Of a stretch of DNA of 64,000 bases, positions 8,911-17,487 are shown in pieces; positions within the stretch are counted from its first letter, which is position 1; each line of letters begins with the position of its first letter. Made by a program: the position numbers and the translations under genes. The stretch spans positions 32,001 to 96,000 of the forward strand of contig CBDCQT010000003.1 in NCBI GenBank assembly GCA_965220745.1. Reading direction: 5' to 3'. Below the pieces are notes generated by a model. It was not told the DNA's origin. It saw only the letters and a list, made by a program, of their open reading frames with translations, and searched no databases. This stretch comes from Alphaproteobacteria bacterium. Its GTDB lineage: Bacteria; Pseudomonadota; Alphaproteobacteria; UBA828.

Positions 8911-9965
8911 CGGCCGGCGGCTCCCTGGGCCTCGGCGGGCGTGCCCCGGCCGCTGATCTCGATCAGCCGGTCGAGTGCGGCCTGGGCTCTGCCGCCGTCA
9001 ACCGCCTCTGCGGCCGAGCGCACACCCTCCCGCAAGTCGCCCGCGCGCCCGGCGACCACGAGCGCAGCGGCGGCATTGAGCAGCACGATATCGCGTGCGG
9101 GTCCGGGCTCACCCGCGAGCACGGCGCGAACGATACCGGCGTTGGTCTCCGGGTCGCCGCCCTTCAGGTCGTCGGGCGCAGCCAGCGGCAGGCCGGCGAC
9201 CTCCGGCACGACCTCGAAGCGGCGGATCGTGCCGCCGTCGAGCTCCACGACGGCGGAGGGGCCCGTGGTGGTGAGCTCGTCCGTGCCGTCGCTGCCGTGG
9301 ACCACCCAGACATGCTCGGAGCCGAGATTTCGCAGCACCTCGGCCATCGGACCCGTCCATTTCGGGTCAAACACGCCGATCACCTGGCGCTTGGCGCCGG
9401 CCGGGTTCGAGAGCGGGCCCAGCAGGTTGAAGACGGTGCGCGTGCCGAGCTCGACGCGGGTGGGCCCGACGTGGCGCATGGCGCCGTGGTGCCGGGGCGC
9501 CATGAGGAAGCCGATGTTGGCCTCCCACAGGGCGTCCCGGACGAGCGTCATGTCGGCGTCGATGGTCACGCCCAGGGCGGCGAGCAGGTCGGCCGAGCCC
9601 GAGCGTGAGGAGAGCGCGCGGTTGCCGTGCTTGGCGACCGGCACGCCACAGCCCGCAGCCACCAGCGCTGCGGCGGTCGAGATGTTGAAGGTGCCCTTCG
9701 CATCGCCGCCGGTGCCGCAGGTGTCGATGGCGCCCTCGGGCGCGTCGATGCTCAGCGCACGGGCGCGCATGGCCTGGGCGCCGCCGGTGATCTCGTCCAC
9801 CGTTTCGCCCCGCACCCGCAGCGCCATGAGGAAGCCGCCCATCTGCGCCGGCGTCGCTGCGCCCTCCATCATCGCGTCGAAGGCGGCGCGCGATTCGTCG
9901 ACCGTGAGCGACGCGCCGGTCGCGATGCGCCCGATGAGCGCCTTGAAGTCGGTGGAATCCGTCAT
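8907..9965 (-). CDS. trpD: Anthranilate phosphoribosyltransferase
   Basis: [35 protein letters not shown]; start set at ATG 9965. Confidence 0.97.
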   Translation of the reverse strand: MTDSTDFKALIGRIATGASLTVDESRAAFDAMMEGAATPAQMGGFLMALRVRGETVDEITGGAQAMRARALSIDAPEGAIDTCGTGGDAKGTFNISTAAALVAAGCGVPVAKHGNRALSSRSGSADLLAALGVTIDADMTLVRDALWEANIGFLMAPRHHGAMRHVGPTRVELGTRTVFNLLGPLSNPAGAKRQVIGVFDPKWTGPMAEVLRNLGSEHVWVVHGSDGTDELTTTGPSAVVELDGGTIRRFEVVPEVAGLPLAAPDDLKGGDPETNAGIVRAVLAGEPGPARDIVLLNAAAALVVAGRAGDLREGVRSAAEAVDGGRAQAALDRLIEISGRGTPAEAQGAAGR

Positions 9966-10103
9966 GGAGGTCAGAAGCCCGCTCGCTCCACCACCGGCAT
10001 CGGGCGGCACGGCCCGGCCGATTCGCCCCGTGTTATAGCTGGTTCTCGACGAAACGCCATGCGGTGTGGGCGCTGCCGGCCGAGGTGGGCATCCACCGCG
10101 GCC

Positions 10104-11384
10104 TCACGGCTCGGGGTAGGCGTCGAAGGCGATGCCGATGCGCTCGCCCGGTCCCTTGAAGGGCAGCGTCCCGTGAAAGACGTAAGACGGGAAGAGTAGT
10201 GCGGTGCCGGCGCGCGGCGGGAGGCTGACGCAACGGAACGTGCTGCCTTCGGGCAGGTCGTGGTCGGGACGGCCGAACTCGAGCCAACCGCCGTGGTCTT
10301 CGCTCTCGGCACCGATCTGCGGGGGCACCGCGACGTAATAGACCCCGCTCAGCCACGCGCTCTCGTGAATATGCGGCGGGTGCCGCCCGCCGGCCGTCAG
10401 GATCGAGGCGATCAGCGTCAGGCGATAGCGCCGGGGGATACGTGCGAGAAAGGGGCTCTCGGGGTCCGCCGTCAGCGTCTCCCGGTAGGCGTCGATGGCG
10501 GCGCGCAGTGCGCGCTCCAGGCCGCGGATGGGTGGGCTCGGCGCCGCCAGCATGTCCTGGGTCACCGCGCCATTGCGGGTCACGCGGTTGGGCGGCTCCC
10601 AGACCAGGGAGGGCGCCTCGCGAACGGCGGTTGCCAGCGCTTCGTTGAAGGTTTCGATGTCGCCGCTGCCGAGCGGAGGCGTGAGGGAGACCCGCGTCAC
10701 GAAGCGGTCGAAGTCGTAGAGGTTGCTGCCGGCCTCACTTTCGCCCCCGATCTGTTCGGCGAGCGCGCGGGTCGCCAGCGCGTTCTGGCAGAAGGGGTCG
10801 ATGGCGAGCGCGGTGGCACAGGCGGCCAGCGCACGATCCACCGCGCCGAGGGCGAGATGAGTCCGCGCCAGCCGGTGGTGCGCCTGCAGATCGTAAGGGT
10901 CGAGGGCAATGGCCTTGCGGTAGGCCGTTGCAGCCTCCTCGCCCATGCCGGCCGCGCTGAGCGCGTTACCAAGATTGGTATGGGCGTTGGCGTAGTCGGG
11001 GCGGAGCGCGACGGCGCGTTCCAGCACGTCGCGGGCCTCGGCGGTCTGTCCGGTCTCGAGCAGGAGGATGCCGAGGCTGTTGTGCGCCTCGGCGTAGGTG
11101 GGCGCCACCTCGGTCGCCTGGCGCAGCAGTACGGCCGCCTCGTCGAAGCGACTGCAGCGGTAGCGGGCGACGCCGGCATAGTGGAGGACGCTGGGATCGG
11201 CCGCCCCATCCCCCGCCAGCAGCTTCGAGAGGAGCTGGTCCGCCCTCTGTGGGCGGCCTTCCTTCATGTGGCGCGCGGCGCGGGCGAGGACGTCCCCGTG
11301 CGCGACACCCTTGGCGCCCGCGCGGGGACCGGCGGTGCCGGCCGCCGACTGCCGCGACTGCCGTCGTCTCGCCCGTCGGTTCAT
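10104..11384 (-). CDS. TPR-repeat protein with C-terminal putative 2OG-Fe(II) oxygenase domain
   Basis: TPR repeats (AEAHNSLG, ANAHTNLGNAL), then HPPHIH...WLSGVYY, LFPSYVFHGT, ERIGIAFD. Confidence 0.85.
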   Translation of the reverse strand: MNRRARRRQSRQSAAGTAGPRAGAKGVAHGDVLARAARHMKEGRPQRADQLLSKLLAGDGAADPSVLHYAGVARYRCSRFDEAAVLLRQATEVAPTYAEAHNSLGILLLETGQTAEARDVLERAVALRPDYANAHTNLGNALSAAGMGEEAATAYRKAIALDPYDLQAHHRLARTHLALGAVDRALAACATALAIDPFCQNALATRALAEQIGGESEAGSNLYDFDRFVTRVSLTPPLGSGDIETFNEALATAVREAPSLVWEPPNRVTRNGAVTQDMLAAPSPPIRGLERALRAAIDAYRETLTADPESPFLARIPRRYRLTLIASILTAGGRHPPHIHESAWLSGVYYVAVPPQIGAESEDHGGWLEFGRPDHDLPEGSTFRCVSLPPRAGTALLFPSYVFHGTLPFKGPGERIGIAFDAYPEP

Positions 11385-11472
11385 CGTGTCCGCCGTCGAG
11401 TGCGGACGATGGGGCGCTTTTCTGTTCGCGTGGCGCTGCTCCGGCCCTTGGTCCTGCCGACGCGTGCTGCGC

Positions 11473-11604
11473 TCAGCGGGCGGTCAGGCCGACGTTGATC
11501 ATCGGCGTTTCCATGGCGGAGCCGAGGATGATCATCAGGGCCAGGAATACCCAGAACACGTTGTCGGCGCAGAGCTGGATAACTCGCTTGGCCTTCGGGT
11601 TCAT
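11473..11604 (-). CDS. Small (43 aa) single-pass membrane protein, unknown function
   Basis: GAGGAG RBS 7 nt before ATG; MNPKAKRVIQLCADNVFWVFLALMIILGSAMETPMINVGLTAR. Confidence 0.55.
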   Translation of the reverse strand: MNPKAKRVIQLCADNVFWVFLALMIILGSAMETPMINVGLTAR

Positions 11605-11694
11605 GGTCCCGCTCCTCTCGTCGCCGCCGTCGCTGGCCGACACCAATGATTCCAAGTGAGCAGGAAGAACGCAACCGTCCGTAGACTTGGGGCC

Positions 11695-11732
11695 GGCTAC
11701 GAATTTCGTAGCCAAGTAACCCGAATTTCGTA
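11695..11732. promoter_or_regulatory. Operator-like palindrome plus phased second core site
   Basis: Palindrome GGCTACGAA-T-TTCGTAGCC at 11695-11713. Core CGAATTTCGTA occurs at 11700 and 11722 (22-bp spacing). Confidence 0.55.
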
Positions 11733-11758
11733 AATGTCGTGAATGGCTTGTCGCTCTG

Positions 11759-11788
11759 TTGACATTATCGTTCAACGGGAGAGACTAT
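11759..11788 (+). promoter_or_regulatory. Putative sigma70 promoter of the amide ABC/DMFase-like operon
   Basis: TTGACA at 11759-11764, 18-bp spacer, GACTAT. Overlapped by GTTGA-N9-TCAAC. Confidence 0.45.
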
Positions 11789-11884
11789 CGCGGATACGGA
11801 CACATCCTGTCGTCACAGCGGCGGCGGTCCGTGCGCTGCCCCTCGGGGTGAGAGCATCGGGAGAAACCAAGGGAGAGTTCTACT

Positions 11885-13228
11885 ATGCGTGTCAACCGAC
11901 GTACCATCCTCAAGGGAGCGTTGGCGGGAACTGCCGGTGTCGCGGCTGCATTCCCCCACATCTACATCAAGGACTTCGGGCAGGCCTGGGGCGCGAAGCC
12001 CTGGATCTACGAAGACGAGCCCATCAAGGTCGGCATGCTCTGGTCGCAGACCGGCAACCTCTCGGTTGTCGAGAACGATTCGACCCAGGTCTCGCTCTAC
12101 GCGGTCGACGAGATCAACGCGGCAGGCGGCATCGCCGGCAAGATGGTCGAGCCGGTGGTGGTCGACGCCAAGTCCGACATCAAGGTCTATTCGGAGAAGA
12201 TCACGCAGCTCATTCTGAGAGACCGCGTGGTGTCGGTGCACGGCAGCTACACCTCGGCGAGCCGCCGTGCGGTCATGCCGATCGTGATGAAGTGGGACCA
12301 CCTTTACTACTACCCGACCTGCTACGAAGGCCGGGAGTGCATGCAGAACATCATCAACACCGGGCCGCTCGCCAATCAGCACTCGTATGACCTGGTTCCG
12401 TTCATGGTGGAGAACTTCGGCCCCAAGACCTATCTGGTCGGCTCCAACTACATCTGGCCGAAAGAGTCCAACAAGAACGTCAAGGTCTGGCTTGAGCGGG
12501 CCGGCGGCGAGGTGCTGGGCGAGGACTACATCCCCCTCGGCGGCTCCGAGTTCGCGCCGGTCTTCAACAAGATTCGCCAGCAGCAGCCGGACTGGATCAT
12601 GTCGACGGTGGTCGGCGATTCCGATATCGCGCTGCACCGGCAGTTCCTGCAAGAAGGCTTCAAGTCCGACAAGACGCCGATCGCATCGCTTACCACCGGT
12701 GAGATCGAGACCCGCGCCATGGGCAACGAGGCCGGCGCCGGTCACTTCCTGTCTGCACCTTACTTCCAGACCCTGCAGAACCCGACCAACGAGAAGTTTG
12801 TGGAGGGTTATCTCTCGAGCCAGTACGGCGGCGGGGGCGTCACCCACTACAACATGGAAGAGACCTATCTCGGGATCTACGTGTGGAAGAAGGGTGTCGA
12901 GCGCGCCCTCGAGGAGACCGGCGGCGACTGGGAAGCCATCACGCCGCGCATGATCCGCGACGTCAGCGGTAACTGGCGCGACCAGGGCCCGGTGACGCTG
13001 AGCGACGAGGAGAGCCCGGAGGGCAAGGTCTGGATCGATCCGGACAACTTCAACATCTGGCTCAAGCCCAAGATCGGCCAGTGCGGTGCGGACGGTCAGT
13101 TCACCATCGTGCGCCAGGCCGACGAGCACGTCGGGCCGGATCCCTTCGCGATCTATCCCGAGCGCGGCGTCTGCAAGGCCGACGGCCTGCACCGGCCCGA
13201 CGGGACGGTTCAGAAGGACGTTCTGTAA
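11885..13228 (+). CDS. Urea/short-chain amide ABC transporter substrate-binding protein (UrtA/FmdD/AmiC family), Tat-exported
   Basis: NRRTILKG Tat motif, IKVGMLWSQTG, GSYTSASRRAV, YPTCYEG, VGSNYIWP. Confidence 0.88.
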   Translation: MRVNRRTILKGALAGTAGVAAAFPHIYIKDFGQAWGAKPWIYEDEPIKVGMLWSQTGNLSVVENDSTQVSLYAVDEINAAGGIAGKMVEPVVVDAKSDIKVYSEKITQLILRDRVVSVHGSYTSASRRAVMPIVMKWDHLYYYPTCYEGRECMQNIINTGPLANQHSYDLVPFMVENFGPKTYLVGSNYIWPKESNKNVKVWLERAGGEVLGEDYIPLGGSEFAPVFNKIRQQQPDWIMSTVVGDSDIALHRQFLQEGFKSDKTPIASLTTGEIETRAMGNEAGAGHFLSAPYFQTLQNPTNEKFVEGYLSSQYGGGGVTHYNMEETYLGIYVWKKGVERALEETGGDWEAITPRMIRDVSGNWRDQGPVTLSDEESPEGKVWIDPDNFNIWLKPKIGQCGADGQFTIVRQADEHVGPDPFAIYPERGVCKADGLHRPDGTVQKDVL

Positions 13229-13252
13229 GACACCTGTTTGATCTGGTAGTGT

Positions 13253-13281
13253 CGGGGCGGAGGGGCAGTTCCTCCGCCCCG
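13253..13281 (+). terminator. GC-rich hairpin after the binding-protein gene (partial terminator or mRNA stabiliser)
   Basis: CGGGGCGGAGG-ggcagtt-CCTCCGCCCCG. Confidence 0.5.
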
Positions 13282-13388
13282 CCGCTCCCCGGCGGGGGAG
13301 GAAGGCGGCGGCCGGCTGACTTCACGGGCACGCACTTGCGGGGCACTGTCGGCAAGACCGCAACAGGGAGAGAGGCGAGACTCAATTC

Positions 13389-14291
13389 ATGAGCGTCCAC
13401 GATTTCTGGACACCCTTCGCCGCAGAACCGTTCATTAATGCGCTGATTATCGGGCTCAGCCTGGCCAGCATCTGGCTGGTCGCGGCGCTGGGCCTGACCA
13501 TCATTTACGGCACCATGGGCGTCATCAACATGGCCCATGGCGAGTTCATCATGCTGGGGGCCTACTTCACCTGGATGATGCAGTATTTCGGCGGGTTCCC
13601 CTGGCTGCTCTGCCTGCCGATCTCCTTCGTGCTTGTCGGCTTCATCGGATGGTTGGTCGAACGCGGCCTCATACGACACTTGTACGACCGACCATTGGAC
13701 ACGCTCCTCGCGACATGGGGCGTGTCCTTGGTCTTCATCCAGAGCATCCGGCTGATCTTCGGCGGCGAGCCGCAATACGTCGAGGTGCCCGACTGGCTGA
13801 CCAGCGTGATGACGATCGACTTCGTCCACGTGCCGTGGATCAGGATCTTCATCTTCTTCGCGGCGCTGGCGCTGGTCGCCATGACCTGGGCAATCCTGTT
13901 CAAGACCAATATCGGCATCCAGGTTCGCGCCGTCATGCAGAACCCGCAGATGGCGGCGTCGTTCGGCATCAATTCGAGCCGGGTGTACGGCCTCACCTTC
14001 GCCTATGGGGCGGGCCTCGCGGGAATCTCGGGCTCCATGTTCGCGGGCCTGAAGACGATCTTCCCGGACATGGGGCTGGGCTACGTGGTCGAGGCCTTCC
14101 TGGTGGTGGTGACGGGCGGCGGCGAGCTATTCGGCAGCCTGGCGACAGCCGGCATCATGGGCGAGATGTTCTCGATCTTCTCCTACTTCACGAACGACAC
14201 CTTCGCCCGCTTCGTGCTGTTCATCCTGATCGTGATCTTCCTGCGCTTCCGTCCGCAGGGGATCTTTGCGCCCAGCATGGCGCGGCGCTAG
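13389..14291 (+). CDS. Amide/urea ABC transporter permease (UrtB-like)
   Basis: GVINMAHGEFIMLGAY, LYDRPLDTLLATWG, RPQGIF. Confidence 0.9.
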   Translation: MSVHDFWTPFAAEPFINALIIGLSLASIWLVAALGLTIIYGTMGVINMAHGEFIMLGAYFTWMMQYFGGFPWLLCLPISFVLVGFIGWLVERGLIRHLYDRPLDTLLATWGVSLVFIQSIRLIFGGEPQYVEVPDWLTSVMTIDFVHVPWIRIFIFFAALALVAMTWAILFKTNIGIQVRAVMQNPQMAASFGINSSRVYGLTFAYGAGLAGISGSMFAGLKTIFPDMGLGYVVEAFLVVVTGGGELFGSLATAGIMGEMFSIFSYFTNDTFARFVLFILIVIFLRFRPQGIFAPSMARR

Positions 14292-14297
14292 GGCAGG

Positions 14298-15449
14298 GTG
14301 AACGTCATGTTGTTGGAAAGGTTGAAACTGGAGCCAACGGGGCAGCGGCAGAACCTCTATCACGACAAGCGCGCGCAGTGGGCGATGTACGTCGTCGCCT
14401 TCGGCGCGCTCGCCACCATCCCCGTGTTCATGGGCGACGACCCCTTTGCGCTCAACCAGTTCGCGCGCTACGGCGTCTTCGGCATGCTGGCGCTTTCGGT
14501 GAGCCTGGTGTGGGGCTTTGGCGGCATCCTCAGCCTGGGCCAGGGAATCGCCTTCGGCATGGCGGCCTACGGCATGGGCGCCACCATGCAGATGCAGTAC
14601 CAGGATCCGGAATACGACCCGATCCCGAGCTTCATGCTGACCAACGAGCTGGAGGAGCTGCCCACGGTCTGGGAGCCCTTCTGGCATACCGAAGTCGGGC
14701 TGATCCTAGCGCTCGGAATCCCGACGCTCTTCTTCATCATCTTCGGCTTCCTGATGTTCCAGGCGCGCCTGGCCGGCGCCTTCGTCGCCATCATGACGCT
14801 CGCCATGCTCGGCGCCTGGTACAACATGGCCTACGACATGCAGCCGTTCACGGCGGGCTTCAACGGTATCTCGCCGCCCAGTTCGTTCCAGGCGTTCGGC
14901 GTCGATGTGGACCCCTACAGCAGCATGATCTACTGGGTGGCGCTCGGTGTTCTGGCCGCGCTGACGCTCGGGACCAAGGCACTGCTTGCGAGCAAATTCG
15001 GCACCATAATTCAGGCGATACGCGACGACCCCGAACGCGCGCGTTTCCTCGGCTACAACGTCGCCTTCTATCAGGTGACGGTGTTCACGATTTCCGGCCT
15101 CATCGCCGCGATCGCGGGCATCGTTTGGGTGATGATCGTCCAGTACGTCTCGCCGACGTCGCTGGAGATCTTCTTCAGCATCACCATGGTAATCTGGGCC
15201 GCTGTCGGCGGCAGGCTCTCGCTGTTCGGCGCGATCTTCGGCGCCATCTTCATCAACACGATCCAGAGTTACGTGGGCGACGAGTTCCAGGCCGCCTGGT
15301 TCGTGATCCTCGGCACGATCTTCATCGTCGTCGTCCGCTTCCTACCGAAGGGAATTGCCGGCCTGTTCGAAATGATCATCGGCCTCGTCCCCTATCGCGG
15401 CCGCGCGCCGGTTCAGCCGACCCTCGGCCCCCGGCGGGCATCGGACTAG
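14298..15449 (+). CDS. Amide/urea ABC transporter permease (UrtC-like)
   Basis: LVWGFGGILSLGQG, AIRDDPERARFLGY, VIWAAVGGR; start may be ATG 14307. Confidence 0.9.
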   Translation: MNVMLLERLKLEPTGQRQNLYHDKRAQWAMYVVAFGALATIPVFMGDDPFALNQFARYGVFGMLALSVSLVWGFGGILSLGQGIAFGMAAYGMGATMQMQYQDPEYDPIPSFMLTNELEELPTVWEPFWHTEVGLILALGIPTLFFIIFGFLMFQARLAGAFVAIMTLAMLGAWYNMAYDMQPFTAGFNGISPPSSFQAFGVDVDPYSSMIYWVALGVLAALTLGTKALLASKFGTIIQAIRDDPERARFLGYNVAFYQVTVFTISGLIAAIAGIVWVMIVQYVSPTSLEIFFSITMVIWAAVGGRLSLFGAIFGAIFINTIQSYVGDEFQAAWFVILGTIFIVVVRFLPKGIAGLFEMIIGLVPYRGRAPVQPTLGPRRASD

Positions 15450-15461
15450 GAGGACGCGGGC

Positions 15462-16217
15462 GTGAGCGCGATTCTGGAAGTCACGGAGGTGACCAAGGCC
15501 TACGACGAGTACAAGGTCGTCGACAGCTTCAGCTTCCAGGTCGATGAGGGCGAGCTGCGCTGCCTGCTCGGGCCGAACGGTGCGGGCAAAACCACGACGA
15601 TGGACCTGATCACCGGCCGTCAGAAGGTGACGGCGGGCAAGATCATGTTCCAGGGCCGCGAAATCACGGGCCTGCCGGAGCACCGGATCGTGAAGCACGG
15701 GATCGGCCGCAAGTTCCAGGTGCCGGCGGTGTTCAGGGACCTCACCGTGCGCGAGAACCTGCAGGTCGCCAACAGCCGAAACACCAATCCCTTCATCAAC
15801 ATGATCACGTTCCGCCAGCGGGCGGGGCGCGACAAGCTGGACGAGATCGTCGAGCTTGTCGGGCTCCAGGAACGGCTGGACGAGCTCGGCGGCAATCTCA
15901 GCCACGGCGAGACCCAGTGGCTCGAGATCGGCATGGTGCTCACCCAGGATCCCAAGCTCCTGCTCATGGACGAGCCCACCGCCGGCATGACCGAGCAGGA
16001 GACCCACCGCACCTCCGAAATCTTCAACCGTCTGAAGGGCACGCGAACTCTCGTCGTGGTCGAGCACGACATGGCGTTCGTGCGCGAGATCGCCGACATC
16101 ATCACGCTCATGCATCTGGGCAAGACACTGGCAGAGGGCCCCATGCATGAGGTGGAGAACGATCCAAGGGTGCGCGAGGTCTATCTCGGCGCCGAGGGCA
16201 TCAGCGATGCTGCTTGA
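15462..16217 (+). CDS. Amide/urea ABC transporter ATPase (UrtD-like)
   Basis: GPNGAGKTT, GIGRKFQVP, LSHGETQWLEIGM. Confidence 0.9.
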   Translation: MSAILEVTEVTKAYDEYKVVDSFSFQVDEGELRCLLGPNGAGKTTTMDLITGRQKVTAGKIMFQGREITGLPEHRIVKHGIGRKFQVPAVFRDLTVRENLQVANSRNTNPFINMITFRQRAGRDKLDEIVELVGLQERLDELGGNLSHGETQWLEIGMVLTQDPKLLLMDEPTAGMTEQETHRTSEIFNRLKGTRTLVVVEHDMAFVREIADIITLMHLGKTLAEGPMHEVENDPRVREVYLGAEGISDAA

Positions 16218-16905
16218 GCTGGAAGGCGTCACATCCTTCTACGGCAAGACGCCGATCCTGCAGAACGTGAGCCTGGGCGTTGCCCACGGCCACTGCATGG
16301 CGGTGCTGGGGCGGAACGGCGTCGGCAAGACGACGCTGGTGCGCACCATCATGGGGCTGACCACGCGCATGACTGGCACGCTCAGGATTGCCGGCGAGGA
16401 CGCGAGCGACATGCCCACGCACCAGCGCTCCGAGATCGGCATCGGCTACATCCCGCAGGGGCGCGGCATCCTGCCCAAGTTCTCGGTGCGGGAGAACATC
16501 CTGCTCGGGACCTTCGCCCGCAACGACAAGCGGCGGAAGATCCCCGACATGTGCCTCGACCTCTTTCCTTATCTGGCTGAGAACCTGGACAAGCGGGCGG
16601 GGCAGCTCTCGGGCGGTCAGCAGCAGCAGCTCGCGATCTCGCGCGCGCTCGCGACCGATCCGAAGATCCTGCTGCTCGATGAGCCGACGGAAGGCATCCA
16701 GCCCAACATCGTGCAGGAGCTCGAAGCCACGATCATGCGGCTCAACACCGAAGTCGGGCTCACGCTCGTGCTCACGGAGCAGCACATCAAGGTTGCGCGC
16801 GAGCTTTCGCACGAGTTCGTCATCATGGACAACGGTCTGGTCGTCGAGGGTGGCCCCATTGACGCATTGACCGACGAGGTCGTCGACAAGTACCTGACGA
16901 TCTAG
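16207..16905 (+). CDS. Amide/urea ABC transporter ATPase (UrtE-like)
   Basis: GRNGVGKTT, YIPQGR, LSGGQQQQLAI, DEPTEGIQP; ATG 16207. Confidence 0.9.
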   Translation: MLLELEGVTSFYGKTPILQNVSLGVAHGHCMAVLGRNGVGKTTLVRTIMGLTTRMTGTLRIAGEDASDMPTHQRSEIGIGYIPQGRGILPKFSVRENILLGTFARNDKRRKIPDMCLDLFPYLAENLDKRAGQLSGGQQQQLAISRALATDPKILLLDEPTEGIQPNIVQELEATIMRLNTEVGLTLVLTEQHIKVARELSHEFVIMDNGLVVEGGPIDALTDEVVDKYLTI

Positions 16906-16947
16906 GCATACGAGGGCCGAGGCAGCAGACGCGAGGGGGGACCCAGA

Positions 16948-17388
16948 ATGATCCGTATTCCGCCAAAAGGCAGTCCCGATCGGGATCGTCTCATCGAGGA
17001 GCACAAGGCGTGCATCGAGTCCATGAAGGGCGTTGCCGGCTGCTCGATCCTGCGCTGCGCGACACCGGGCGACACCACCGAGGTCAGCGGCGGCATTCAC
17101 GAGGACTTCCAACTCAACCGCGTGCTGCTGCGGATGCGGGCCCAGCCGGCGAAGGGCAAGCTCGTGGTGGTCTGCACCAAGATCGAGAAGGAGTGGCGCA
17201 TCGCGCGGTGCTCCGGCATCCGCGGCGTGCCGCCGGAGTTCGTCTCCGACAAGGTGTACGACAACGAGCAGGACCCGCAGCACGACATCTTCCTGATGCG
17301 GCTCGACGAGTTCCCGGAGACCGACGGCTTCCCCGAGCATTTCCACCAGGGTTGGAAGCGCCGGGACGACAATTGGGCCGCGTCCTAG
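16948..17388 (+). CDS. N,N-dimethylformamidase small subunit-like protein
   Basis: IEEH...LNRVLLRMRAQPAKGK...WRIA...PPEF...QHDIFLMRL parallels the DMFase small subunit as I recall it (VEEH..LQRV...RMQPTFGK..YRIA..HAVFLRRI). Lies directly upstream of the large subunit. Confidence 0.7.
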   Translation: MIRIPPKGSPDRDRLIEEHKACIESMKGVAGCSILRCATPGDTTEVSGGIHEDFQLNRVLLRMRAQPAKGKLVVVCTKIEKEWRIARCSGIRGVPPEFVSDKVYDNEQDPQHDIFLMRLDEFPETDGFPEHFHQGWKRRDDNWAAS

Positions 17389-17487
17389 GGCGCGGGCCTA
17401 AGCGATCATTCCGGGGTTCCACGCGGTAACCGATCAGGACGCGCGAGCGGCCGCCAGGGCCCGCGCGATTTAGGGGAGAGACACCCG

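Noticed and set aside
11790-11884. ANTAR (AmiR-type) dual-hairpin leader for an AmiC-like gene
   Set aside because: I could not identify the tandem hexaloop hairpins or a terminator. The protein has a Tat signal, so it is periplasmic rather than a cytoplasmic AmiC sensor.
11885-16905. Calling the transporter a true urea transporter (urtABCDE)
   Set aside because: The family is right, but the linked enzyme is DMFase-like and no urease genes are present, so the substrate is left open and no gene symbols are given.
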